A stretch of 49,857 nucleotides of DNA from Priapulus caudatus. Its lineage: Eukaryota. Under the pieces are notes generated by a model, which ran no database searches, was not told the DNA's origin, and saw nothing but the letters and a program-made list of their open reading frames with translations. The position numbers were made by a program, and so were the translations under genes. Of the stretch, positions 37,629 to 48,792 are shown piece by piece. How positions within the stretch are numbered: the stretch's first letter is position 1; every line of letters begins with the position of its first letter. The stretch is taken from positions 1,191,732-1,241,588 of the forward strand of contig NW_014577074.1 in assembly GCF_000485595.1 (NCBI RefSeq), written 5' to 3'.

Positions 37629-40054
37629 CCACCTGGGAATCTGGACTTTTCGAAAACTCAAACTTTTTAAATTTAGCAGGCTTTTGTGTGTATGCGTGCA
37701 TAAGTGCTGTTTTTTCTTCATTTGTTTACTGTATTTTTGTTTCACAATGTTCATTCACACATAATTTCAAGCATTACACGCTCTTTTTTGGTAGTGAAAA
37801 ATCTTTATGTTTACATTTTTGTCAAGTGTTGACTGCTCGTTTTGATAAATAAAGCATGTTGTATTTGCTAATGAATAAACTATCAAAATTTATCTGTTAG
37901 TCTCTTTTTCATTTCTCATTAAATTTGAATTTTAAAAGCTCTATAATGCCCGTTCGCTGTAGTGAACCCGCAAGCACCCTGCTTCACTCAGTAGTCACAC
38001 CTCTAGTGGTTACTCGTAGAATAATACATACTGACTACTGACTAGCATGGCTGGATACATAGGTCTGTACATGCATGTACACTCAGCATCTCTGCCCACT
38101 CAACAACTGATGCGTGCAGAGGCAATCACAACTGTGATTCAGTACCAGGTGCTGAAACACGCCGTGAAGAGAAAGGATGTTAGTGTTTGATCCTGACAAA
38201 ATCTGACTATTCAGTAATAGAGTTGCAAGAAAATCTCTCTGTAGATCAGAATTCACTGCTCACTAGTGCATTGATATGGTTTTTAGTGGTCAAGGAAGTC
38301 TCTACTATGTGTACTATAGATGTCACATACCCAATTTACACTGCCAAGTAAAAGAATTTAGCACAGAACTTGCTTTATTATAGTTATTACATTCTTTGCA
38401 TCGATTATTCAGTATAAGCATACATTTTATGCACAGAAAGATAACTCATCAACTATAACATACACAGGAATCTACACACAATGTCATGATGCACTAGAGT
38501 GATTTGAAGTTAATTTTTTAGGTTTAAAGATATGTAGATGTTTAACTCAATAAATTTATTAAGAATCCTGTGATAAAACACTTGTGTGATTCTTATCTAA
38601 AAATGCCACTCATTTGTTTATGGAATGCAAGTTGTCATTTTAACAAAAAGGCACATTTCCAAAGCGACAGCTGGTCTTTCACATACAATTGCATTCGTGA
38701 AAAAAGAGGAATTGTACTTTTGAAACTTATTTTTATCTTATGTTCAATACTGTTATATATATATAAATTTTACAGCACTGTGCTTAATTTGCATTTGCAA
38801 TTTGCAAGTACTCTCAGGAATTGCTGCACGAATGTTAAAATAACGCCATTTAGAACAATAAAGATAGTTTGGTGTAGGCCAATGAGACTGAAACTGAACG
38901 TGTTGTATATAATATGTAAAGTTGTTGAATGTAACCACAATTTGCTCTTATTATCTAGCTCTGGCAGGCTCATGTAGATGGCAGCACCTGCCTGGCACAT
39001 TACTGCAAATGAATAATTAGTACAGATTAGATTGGCAACTAGCAAATACCCGCACGAATCGGTTACTATATTATCAAAACACGTTTAATTTTTAAAACTT
39101 AAATGCACAATACAATTTTCACTAGTCGTAAAGGTTGTTTAAACATATATGCTGCTGAAATATACAGGTCTAATCACGCTACTATACTGTGTGGTACTTA
39201 TATTAATTTTATCAACACACTTTTCAATAAATTTTGAACTATTAGTGGTTGACAACACAAAACCAGCCCCTAACTACATTGAGGCCCATCGAGGCGCCTG
39301 CCTTGATACTTTTAAAAACTGAATAGGCAAAACAAAAACCTAACCATAGCCAAAGTATCATCCATATATGCCTTAATTTGTCCTAACATTGTTGAAAATA
39401 GCCATAGTAGTTAAATTCAAAATTAGCTTTTTTGCCATTTAACTGGCTGAAATACTTACTGGAACATGGTTCCTATTAATGTCTTTCATATCAATACTTA
39501 CGATGCTGTAATCATTAACCCGTAACATACCAATTTCCCGTTTCAGGAAAAATGTGAGATTTGAACTTCAAATGATCATCTACCATCCTGTTTCAGGGTG
39601 TTAGGCACATTAGGAATTTTTCTGCTTCACAGTTTCTAAATATCCAACAGAAATTGCAACATGTGGGCAATGACAAAGCAAGTGATTGTTTAAGCTATCC
39701 ACAATTATCGATCAACACGGGTACCCCTTTCAAAAGCACGTCCTTCCGCAGAAGGGTGGACGCAGAAGCCCAAGGGATAATTACTATACACGTTTGTCTA
39801 CTCCAGTACAGTTTCAAACTGAGGCTTCTTAACACAAACCTACAGATTCCCACAAAACAATGGAGTGCTGCAGAATCTTTGTGTATCTGCTTTTCTCTCG
39901 CTCTTCCCTTGTACTCGCTAGAATTGCACCTGCTACATTCCACAATCTGCTGCACCAAATGATATCATGCGTGGTCCTTCTGTCACGTTACGCCTGCCAT
40001 AGAAATGCAAACATTCTTTGCCACGTTTTCAAAGACATGCTATCAGCTCACCTG

Positions 40055-40363
40055 TCACCGCCGGTAGCGCTCACGGTTCTTGTGCCGCCGACCTTCACCC
40101 GACCTTGAGCGTGACCGCCGATGACTTGCCTTGTCCTTGTAGGACTTCTTGTGCACACGCTCGTCCGGTGAGCCACTGTAGGAACGTGTGCGTGAGCGCT
40201 TGTGCTTCTGCGAGTGACGCTTGCTGTCCTTGTCGCGATCGTGGCTGTGGCTGTACGTGCGATCGGCATGCTTGTGAGACTTGGGGAACTCCTGGTAGCC
40301 ACGTGGCAGCACCTTGTGCTTGTTGCGCTTGGGACTCGGGCTCCGACTGTCGCTTGCCCTCGA
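40055..40363 (-). CDS. CCNL1: Cyclin L exon 6 (RS domain)
   Basis: Acceptor gttttag; SRASDSRSPSPKR..KRSRTRSYSGSP..RRSRSRS..RYRR*; phase 0. Confidence 0.85.
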   Translation of the reverse strand, partial: SRASDSRSPSPKRNKHKVLPRGYQEFPKSHKHADRTYSHSHDRDKDSKRHSQKHKRSRTRSYSGSPDERVHKKSYKDKASHRRSRSRSGEGRRHKNRERYRR

Positions 40364-41187
40364 CTAAAACATCATCACACCGTAGATAAGTATGCATTGA
40401 AGTCAGGATTTCGAACAGTCTTCCTGACTATTCTCATATTTCCCGACCATTACAATACCTACTGGTATTGTTTTTATGAAAGCAAGTGCATACAGGAACA
40501 GGAAGGCTAACATATGTTAGAACACCTGCCGTTTTTACTTCACCAAAATATGTAACGATTGAAATGGCTCTGCTGACTTCTCATTGACGCCGTTACACAA
40601 TCATGACACTTCTTTCTTACGAGACCTAGTCCCTACACTTTCTTAATGGTAACTTGCATAGAGTAATAGAGATGCTGTACCAGTCTAGAACCACATCACT
40701 CAATGAGATGTACTTGTACTTTTGTCATGTGGTTACCAATTACCGGGCAATTGTCACAGCCCTGAGGAGGGTAGCTGTGTTATTTGCTATTTTATAACAA
40801 CATCATAACATGAACAATTTTTATACTGGAGTAATCAATATGTCCATTAATAAGCGACACCTAATTTGTCAACATTTATTATGTTTTTGTTTATTTGAGA
40901 GATAATTTGAATGCTATTGCTAGTTATTACCTTTACTGTTATGACAATCTTTGTGATATCATGTTTATGGCAATTAAGATTTTATTTCTATGAATACTAA
41001 CTATGACGATGTTCCACAATGCTAGGTGGAGGAACAATAATAATGGAGCAACGAAAATGTGACCATAAGGTTACGCACTTATAAACAATACAAGCTTTCA
41101 GTTATTCTAGTATTCGGCAACAGAGCCATATTCTTTCTTTAACAACTAATGTTGTCCTTAAACAACAAACTATTTCAGCTTCCTCAC

Positions 41188-41327
41188 CTTGTACTTAACA
41201 GGGGAATGGGCTCGCTTCTTCTTTCCGTTCTTGTGGTGGCTGTTGGCCTCCTTGTGTCCATTGTGCACATCCTTGTCTTTCTCCTCTTCAACGTGTGGTG
41301 AAGCAGTGCGAGACCCCGGCGAAAATC
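41188..41327 (-). CDS. CCNL1: Cyclin L exon 5
   Basis: (G)FSPGSRTASPH..PVKYK; donor aag|gtgagg. Confidence 0.85.
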
Positions 41328-41529
41328 CTGAGACAAACATAGAATGCTGTTGTGTACAGGTCGACAGCGCATGTCCAACAAACACAGGACACGAGTAAAG
41401 CTTTGAATAAGCATTTATGAATCTATTCTTTCAACAGAATCCACTGCTTCACCAGTAAATTGTCATTGATGCAATGCCAAACCAGTACGCATGTGAACTA
41501 AATCTAAGAATGTTGCACGTTCTATATTA

Positions 41530-42012
41530 AGCCTGGGACACACCATGCACGTCCGCTCAATCGCTTTCAATCGCTCCGTCAGACCATGTCCTCAGAAAAT
41601 GTCTAAAATCTGCCTTGTGCCCCATTCACCTTTGACCTGAATTTATTCGCACGTCCGCAGTGATCATATCCGCAGCAAAAATCGCGGCGAAAATATTCGC
41701 ACCCGCATGCGATAATTGAGCGGACACACCATGCAAATCTATTCGCACGTCCACAGCGTACACACTACACGCGTTCTACTGGCGCCACACGGCTCCAACA
41801 GTCATGTGGTCACGTGATTAGCATACTGATCAATGATTCGCTGCATTATAACAATCGTCCGCACGTCCGAAGCGAAAATATCAAACGTTTGATCACTGCG
41901 AATTACGTGGATGAAATTCGCCCGTGCTTGAGCGGACACACCATAAGAATTTTGCTGCGATTTTACAATCGCTGCGGACGTGCGAATAAATTCGCATGGT
42001 GTGTCCCCCGCT
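41530..42012. mobile_element. Harbinger-like MITE in cyclin L intron, carrying a HINE fragment (~41566-41640)
   Basis: TTA flanks; TIR agcctgggacacaccatgc / gcatggtgtgtcccccgct. Confidence 0.8.
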
Positions 42013-42348
42013 TTAGATGTTTACATTTTTGTATTAATATTTATTACGAAGGGACACTAACAACAATGTGACATGAATGTTCGCATGACAAAAAACGCAA
42101 CAGAGTAAAAACAGGTTTCAGTGCCACAAGAAATGGCAAATTTCACACAAATTTTAGTCACACAAAAACTAAAATGTTGAAAGGCACACCAGCAATGAAC
42201 AGATCAGGTTCAACTTTGTAGGTTGTGAAGACAGCACTAAGCTGTGACATATATACTGTTACTTCTCACAGTATTGTTTCTGTGTAAGGTATCATATTAT
42301 GATATGTTGGTTTAGTAATTCTTCCCACATTGCTCTATGTACACTTGC

Positions 42349-42439
42349 CTTCACTTGTAGCATTTGGTGTTCCTATGGTAGGGGCTCCCTCTTTTGCCTT
42401 CAGCTTCGCCTCTACTTGCAGTTTTCTCAAATCGTTCAC
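42349..42439 (-). CDS. CCNL1: Cyclin L exon 4
   Basis: VNDLRKLQVEAKLKAKEGAPTIGTPNATSE(G); probable GC donor aag|gcaagt. Confidence 0.8.
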
Positions 42440-42668
42440 CTGTAACAAATATAACCCCACAGGCATAAGAGACTTAACATAAATAATAAACCTTAGTGTG
42501 CACCATCAAGGCATCCTTCTTTTAAAAAACAGATTTGATTAACAAGTCACCGTGAATTAAATATAAATATTGAAACACTCTAAAGCTACAGTGTACATTA
42601 CGTGGATGGTTCTATTCCATTTTTCACACAGCTTTCTAATGAATTTTCCTGGCAGTTATTACGCTCAC

Positions 42669-42803
42669 TTTCTTCTCCAGATCATCCCATGAAGCCTTGG
42701 ACCTTGCATAAAGGCGCAGCAGGGTGAGACAAATCTCCTGAATGTCTTTCTCCTCTACTGGGGTGAACAAAGAAAACCAAGGCGGTCTGCTCGGCAAAAC
42801 GAC
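42669..42803 (-). CDS. CCNL1: Cyclin L exon 3
   Basis: [33 protein letters not shown]. Confidence 0.9.
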
Positions 42804-43092
42804 CTAAGAATAACGTTTGCAGAAAAATGTTAGACGACCTTATCTAGGAATATGGCGTATATGCCAATGACATATTCCTTACACATATAGCTTACAGGAA
42901 ATTGTGATATATTTATTGTAGCACCGACTAGTAATACTGTCAGCGTTAAACTTCACAGTTTCGAAACACATATCATACAGCTGATTTTGCAGGAACATTA
43001 GTAGCTGATCACGCGTTACAAAGCGAGGACGCCCTCGCACGGATGCCCACACGCATGGCAACGACAATCGGCGACATGGGAAGGAGTCGCAC

Positions 43093-43326
43093 CTTCAGCT
43101 GTCGTGCGGCGAGGTATATGCACGCGCACGCGATCGTCTCGGGACTGTATCGAACGAACACGTCCGTGCGCAGGCTGTCGTTCATGTAATTCCAGGCCGT
43201 CTGGATGAGCTTTGCATTCCGCTCGGATTTGAGCACCTGCAGGTAGGTGACGATCATCTTGTGCGGATGCTTGACGTGCACGCAGAAGCCTAGCTCCTTC
43301 AGCACTCGCCGCTCGGCCTTGATCAC
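43093..43326 (-). CDS. CCNL1: Cyclin L exon 2
   Basis: [54 protein letters not shown]. Confidence 0.95.
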
Positions 43327-43465
43327 CTGCGGTAGCAGATTGACGACGACAAGATTAAGCAAAATCAGCAGACAACATCATTAAAAAATGAAATGCGAAC
43401 AGTTGATTATTAATCACACCGCAGACGACTCCATTAAAAAGTGATCGTGAAGAATCGATAATTAA

Positions 43466-44003
43466 CACGTTCAACGCGAAACACGAGTATACTCGTTCAA
43501 ACCTGCAAAACGCACGGCCGCGAAACACGAGTATACTCGTGGCAAAAAAAACGGGTTCTTTTTTTTTTGGAACGTTTACTATGTTCTCCTATAGATGGGA
43601 CACCTCCTGTACACTTAGAAATTCAACAGCGTAACTCTATAAACCCCAGTAGTAGATGACATAATTTATACAATACTTTACTGTTGTTTGGAAAGTTATT
43701 TTGGGAGTTTTTGGGACTGAGGTAATGCTTTTGGTTCACCTCGCCAAAGCGCGTTTGACTGCCGGTTGTTGTGAAGTTGTTTTGATGTCTGAGAGTTGTG
43801 TTTGATTTGATTGATCACGGGTGTTGTTTTGATGTCTGAGAGTAAGTTTATATCTATATTATACTAGCCACTAATTATAAATAATTTTATAGCTAGTTAA
43901 ACCTGCCAAAAACATTTTGTGTAATAAGTGACTAAGCGGGGAAAACGCGAAAATCTCAGCACAGGGCGGTATGCGCATTGTTAACCATGCAGCGTTGAAC
44001 GTG
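43466..44003. mobile_element. piggyBac-like non-autonomous element in cyclin L intron
   Basis: TTAA TSD (43462-43465, 44004-44007); TIR cacgttcaacgc / gcgttgaacgtg. Confidence 0.85.
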
Positions 44004-44170
44004 TTAAGCAAATCAGCAGACAACTCCGGTTGAACGGGAACGACGCATTCGGAAATCGACACACGCCGGCTCGCGTTTCGGCGAACACCAACCAGCCATT
44101 CCAGCCCCCGCTTAGTGCACTAACTAGTATTCTGCTCTAAACCACAGAACGGGTGAATGGAAGCACTCAC

Positions 44171-44617
44171 CTGGTTCTTCAGGTTGACGTAGTTCTGATC
44201 GAGGATGAGCGGAGAGATGGGCTTCGAGCCGCGTATCTGTTTGATGTGGTGAAACACGTTGATAACGTCGCGCACCCTACGCGGCGCCTCCTCGATCTTT
44301 GATGCAAGGTTGAGGCATCCCATCGCGTAGTGCTCCATGTTGTGCTTCACAAACGACTTTGCATAATAGAAGCGCTGGAACAGCACCTGCCCGGTCGCCA
44401 TGGCGACTTGCGGCAGCTTCAGCAATATGCCGGCGGTCTGGATAAGTTCGCAACCGAGGATCCGCAATTCCATCTCTGTCGCGGAGTCGAGTCCGTCCTG
44501 GGCAGATGGCGTGCACTCGATTTTTTCTGGGGGCACGAGGCTATTCTCCAGCGTTATGATGATGTGCCCATACTTCCGTTCTGTGACAGCATTAGTTGGT
44601 TTCTCTGACAGCGCCAT
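44171..44617 (-). CDS. CCNL1: Cyclin L coding exon 1
   Basis: aagATGgcg start; [65 protein letters not shown]; donor cag|gtgagt. Single invertebrate CCNL1/2 co-orthologue. Confidence 0.95.
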
Positions 44618-44809
44618 CTTGTCATATATTTGGCTCACACTTATAAACTGAGAATAATCTAATCCAATGCTACGAACCATGCAGCAAGTTTCCTATAATT
44701 TAGCATGTGATTGAAATCATAATTTGCTAAACCTGGTGGTGTATATTCGTAGTTTCAAGAACTAACGAGTTAATATCCTACATGACTCCACAGAAAATCA
44801 ATATAATTG

Positions 44810-45409
44810 TTAATAAATCTCTTCTAGGAAAAATGACAAGTACAACATTACATGGTTCAATGCCTTGACGATCAGGGTATGATCAAACCAACACTTCTCC
44901 AACTTTGAAACAGTATCTGGGTGTGTGTAGTCAAGGTTATCAAACAAGTGACTTCTCATAACATACTGTTCATAGAAGAGCGAACGGAAATCGTAAACCC
45001 ACTGCAGCAGTTCTGCTGGTGATGGCACTGTTGCAGATGCCTGAGCAAACTCCTGAATGGACAAGTCTAATGAATTCTGCACAGATTCAATGGCATCTGC
45101 TTCCTTGGATATCCTCTTCTGTATCTTGTGCAAGGATAGCAGGACAGATTGCAATGTCAGTGTGTAGGTTTCAGCCTCAAGTGTTACTTTAGCTGCCAAC
45201 CTGTCCTTGAGATCTGGAAACTCTTGCAACAGTGTACACGAGGATGGCGTCACCACAGAAACAGTCGACAACTGTTCACAGATGTTCACAAGACGTTCGA
45301 ACGGCATGCGTGCACTCTCAGAATGTGATTTCCAAGCAACTGTTTCAGACTGCAAAAGCTTGAAGAACTTCTGAAGTTGGACGTACAGAGTACTGACCGA
45401 CTCAGGCAT
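44810..45409 (-). CDS. AIRIM: AFG2-interacting ribosome maturation factor (C1orf109), intronless
   Basis: LQKFF..WKS..LVNICEQL..LQEFPDLKDRL..ASATVPSPAELLQWVYD..LSFFLEE matches recalled C1orf109 motifs (FPDLKERL, SPSVADMLEW, SFFLEE); 199 aa. Confidence 0.88.
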   Translation of the reverse strand: MPESVSTLYVQLQKFFKLLQSETVAWKSHSESARMPFERLVNICEQLSTVSVVTPSSCTLLQEFPDLKDRLAAKVTLEAETYTLTLQSVLLSLHKIQKRISKEADAIESVQNSLDLSIQEFAQASATVPSPAELLQWVYDFRSLFYEQYVMRSHLFDNLDYTHPDTVSKLEKCWFDHTLIVKALNHVMLYLSFFLEEIY

Positions 45410-45441
45410 TTATGACTTCTTATTTTGCGTAGCACTCTCGC

Positions 45442-45717
45442 CTAATTGGTTGTGTCTCCAAACTCTGCGTAATCCAGGTTTAAACCAAAGTATGCCAACA
45501 TGTTCTTCGTGTACATTGGCAAGAATGCATATGTAGTATAAAGACCCATGCTAAATAACGATACAACCACGGTATTGAACAGAACACGCTCCCATGGTTC
45601 TAACATATACAGAGCCGTGTTCAAAAGGTACTGCAGGTAAACCCATGACACAAAACTGGACAGCCTGGAATAATACCCTTGTTGGTAACGGGTAGGACTG
45701 TTTTCTGAATCGGCCAT
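45442..45717 (-). CDS. SPTSSA: Serine palmitoyltransferase small subunit, intronless
   Basis: SWVYLQYLLNTALYMLEPWERVLFNTVVVS..LYTTYAFLP matches the SPTSSA/B signature (YxQYLLxTALYMLEPWER). Confidence 0.92.
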   Translation of the reverse strand: MADSENSPTRYQQGYYSRLSSFVSWVYLQYLLNTALYMLEPWERVLFNTVVVSLFSMGLYTTYAFLPMYTKNMLAYFGLNLDYAEFGDTTN

Positions 45718-45908
45718 GCCAGCAATGTAGAATCAGTACCTTGTATTTGTATTCCAATGGTGCCACATATGCTCTGAAATGCAATCGTAATGTACTTGTT
45801 AGTGTGTGAACCAAGAACCACACATATATCAGTCAGTTCAGTCTTATCAAATATACTGGTCAGTGATGGATATCACATCAGTTATAGTTACTGTGGTATG
45901 CTCATTAA

Positions 45909-46179
45909 GGCCAAAACAAAATATAGGTGTGGTTACGTTTTCCCGACCGACCCTATTTATTCCCAGCGACCCTAAACATTTTAATTGTCAATTTTCTTTA
46001 AAGTAAAAAAAAATAAAATAAAAATGAATTGGTCAGTTCCTGCTTCAAAAGGCACAACGCACATCCTTCGGACATGGTTCGTAAATAAAATATTTCAAGA
46101 AAATAAAATGTTTTCCCTACCTACCTATCCTATTTTTTTCGGCATGTAACGGTAACCACACATATATTTTGTTTTGGCC
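45909..46179. mobile_element. MITE with TAA TSD (Harbinger-like)
   Basis: taa|ggccaaaacaaaatat..gtggttac / gtaaccacacatatatttttgttttggcc|taa. Confidence 0.75.
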
Positions 46180-46597
46180 TAATGCAGATATTGATTTCAC
46201 CTTTGTAATTTACTTATCAACCAAACCAAACATTTAGTAGCCAGTTCAATGTGTAATAACTGATTCAGTCTGTATCAACATGAGAATGCAAGGGAAAAAA
46301 TGCTTCAGGCACTGACTCTTGATATGACTGAACTTTTGGCAGGAAAGAAATATATGTCAACAAGTGTTATCAAAACCATAACTTAAGTTTACTTGCCACT
46401 TGATTCTACAGTACACTCACAATCAATACCACGGAATTAACCAATACCACCAGTTAAACAAGTGCCGCAGTGCGACAGGGCTCATCTGGTGTCTGGTGTT
46501 CTGCTGATAAATTCATTTGTGCATAGCAAGACGTCTTATACATGTATAAGTCTTCTTTATTCTTGTTTGACTTTCGTAGCCAATTCGAACAAATATA

Positions 46598-46700
46598 CCG
46601 CTGAAACAAAAAAGTTTTTCAATCGCTCCGTCCGACCATGTCCTCAGAAAATGTCTAAAATTTGCCCTGTGCCCAATTGACCTTTGACCTGTGACCTCTT
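46598..46700 (-). repeat. HINE internal fragment
   Basis: aatcgctccgtc.gaccatgtcctcagaaaatgtctaaaa..gacctttgacctgtgacc is the reverse complement of ~8620-8710. Confidence 0.75.
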
Positions 46701-47479
46701 TTTTCGTGAATTTTTTCTTTCTCCACCAAAAAGTGTTGCTAGTTGTAAGCTATTGGAGTACCCTGAAATGGCTCTAGATTGCATCTCAGAGCTTACAATT
46801 TTCAAAAATGTTCTGGCCCCCAGACCCCCATAGAAGTCCCCGATGTGTACCAGACTACCAGTCTGTCTCTCTGCTGTCAAAGTGGAAAGTCGTAGTTACC
46901 AAGGAGCTACATATAACAACGATGTGGCGTTTCCTTAATTGTGAGCCCCCGGCAACGAAGAATAAACAGTCATCCGACGAAAGGAAGGAAAAACAGAGGG
47001 ATTATGATTATGGACATTGATAATGACTAATAAACATAAGGAAGAACATGATATGCTGTTTTATTACTGTAATTTGCTCCAAAATTGGCGGGCCTGCAGC
47101 TTTTAGAAGTTATAGGCCCTGCAGGCCTACAGCTTTTTCTGCTCGGTGGCAAACACTGGTCTATAGTACTAGTAGTAGTAGAACTTGAAGTCAATGACAA
47201 TAGAAAATCAGGGTACACGTTGTTACCTAATAACCCCGTAAGTAATGATAGTCTTCAAAGTCCACGGGATAACGAAGATGGAGAATCCGGGAAAGACGTT
47301 GCTAAGCCATTTTTGGGAAAACGTTACATGCGTAACACGGACTCACTTTTGATGTAGATAGAGTGCAAAACGACAGTCATCTACACTATGTTAGTATATT
47401 CGCATCTGTAGTGTAACGTCATAAACTGATTCATACTACTACTAGTGTTACACAATTAGTCGGCCATCTAGAGCCTGCT

Positions 47480-47562
47480 ACTGGTACTACTAGTAATAGT
47501 ACTACTAGTACTACTAGTAATAGTACTACTACTAGTACTACTCGTAATAGTACTACTACTAT
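47480..47562. repeat. (TAC)n/(TAG)n quasi-palindromic simple repeat
   Basis: tactactagtaatagtactactagtac units. Confidence 0.8.
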
Positions 47563-47565
47563 TAC

Positions 47566-48342
47566 CACAGGCACTTGAAGCATTTCAATAAAATATAATG
47601 CTAACTAAATACGAAATCTATTTACTACAAAATTCTTAATGTTTCTATAGGCCTACTCTCTTTCACCTATTATTGCTGATAGTTTCCTACCATTGCATTA
47701 CCGGCTGCCATTGCTCTAGCGACGCGACTGTTGCACGCTTACACTAATATATAGAGCAGGTAAGAAAGCGCAATCCCAAAATTCGCACGACGCTCGCTGC
47801 ATTTCACACGATTTCAACACAAATACACATCCAACAGCTTCCATCTTTGTTTCTCCTTCAAGAACAGTGTTCACTTGTTATAAAAACATAATGTTGCTAA
47901 CAACGCTGCTTTCCGCTTCCCAAAATGCAGTGCGCCGCCTTTAGCCATGTACTTAAGTTTGTAACATCCAGTGCGCAGTGCTAGCGAACGCGAGAATTTC
48001 GTCGGTCTTTGTGTGATTTCGCGTGACACAGCTCGGTTACGAACAGAGACATTATGTTTTTATAACAAGTGAACACTGTTCTTGAAGGAGAAACAAAGAT
48101 GGAAGCTGTTGGATGTGTATTTGTGTTGAAATCGTGTGAAATGCAGCGACCGTCGTGCGAATTTTGGGATCGCGCTTTCTTACCTGCTCTATATTAGTGT
48201 AAGCGTGCAACAGTCGCGCCGCGAGAGCAATGGCAGCCGGTAATGCAATGCCAATGGTAGGAAACTATCGGCAATAATAGGTGAAAGAGAGTAGGCCTAT
48301 AGAAACATTAAGAATTTTGTAGTAAATAGATTTCGTATTTAG
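47566..48342. mobile_element. Long-TIR element (~290-bp arms), CACAGGCACTTG left terminus, right terminus lost
   Basis: 47605-47894 is near-perfectly inverted at 48050-48342; the terminus motif is shared with 30809. Confidence 0.8.
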
Positions 48343-48698
48343 GGCGCAAATCCACTTTAGGCACCTTAGGTATCACGAAGTGATGCACAGATTTCTGTGT
48401 ATCATCAACTGATGCACAGACTTTCCGTATATCAAGGAATGATGCAAAATCCCTATTAGTAATAGGACGTTAAAAAATAACGTAAATAGGACGTAGGTAA
48501 ATCCCTATTAGTAATAGGTAGTTAGTATTACCCTAACTCTAACCCTAACAGTAACACCATTCGTGATACCTAAGGTTATACTTTATGACTTAGGGTTAGG
48601 GTTAGGGTTAGGGTTTTTGCATCATTCCTTGATATACGGAGTCTGTGCATCAGTTCATCACTTCGTGATACCTAAGGTGCCTAAAGTGGATTTGCACC
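48343..48698. mobile_element. Palindromic MITE containing CCCTAA and (TTAGGG)n tracts
   Basis: ggcgcaaatccactttaggcaccttaggtatcacgaagtgatg inverted at the right end; ttagggttagggttagggttaggg at ~48590-48613. Confidence 0.8.
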
Positions 48699-48792
48699 GC
48701 GCACAGTGACAGTGTCAGTGGCACACGCCATTTGATTTGACAACACACTTACCTTGCATTTTACTACCTACACATATAACGCCGAATTAAAT

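Noticed and set aside
40018..40510. Cys-rich and hydrophobic plus-strand ORFs
   Set aside because: Antisense translation of the cyclin L RS-domain exon.
44618..44680. N-terminal extension of cyclin L from the ATG at 44680
   Set aside because: It crosses a likely splice acceptor at 44648-44650; the ATG at 44617 has a better context (aagATGg).
48590..48613. True telomere or chromosome fusion point
   Set aside because: Only about four repeats, embedded within a TIR element.
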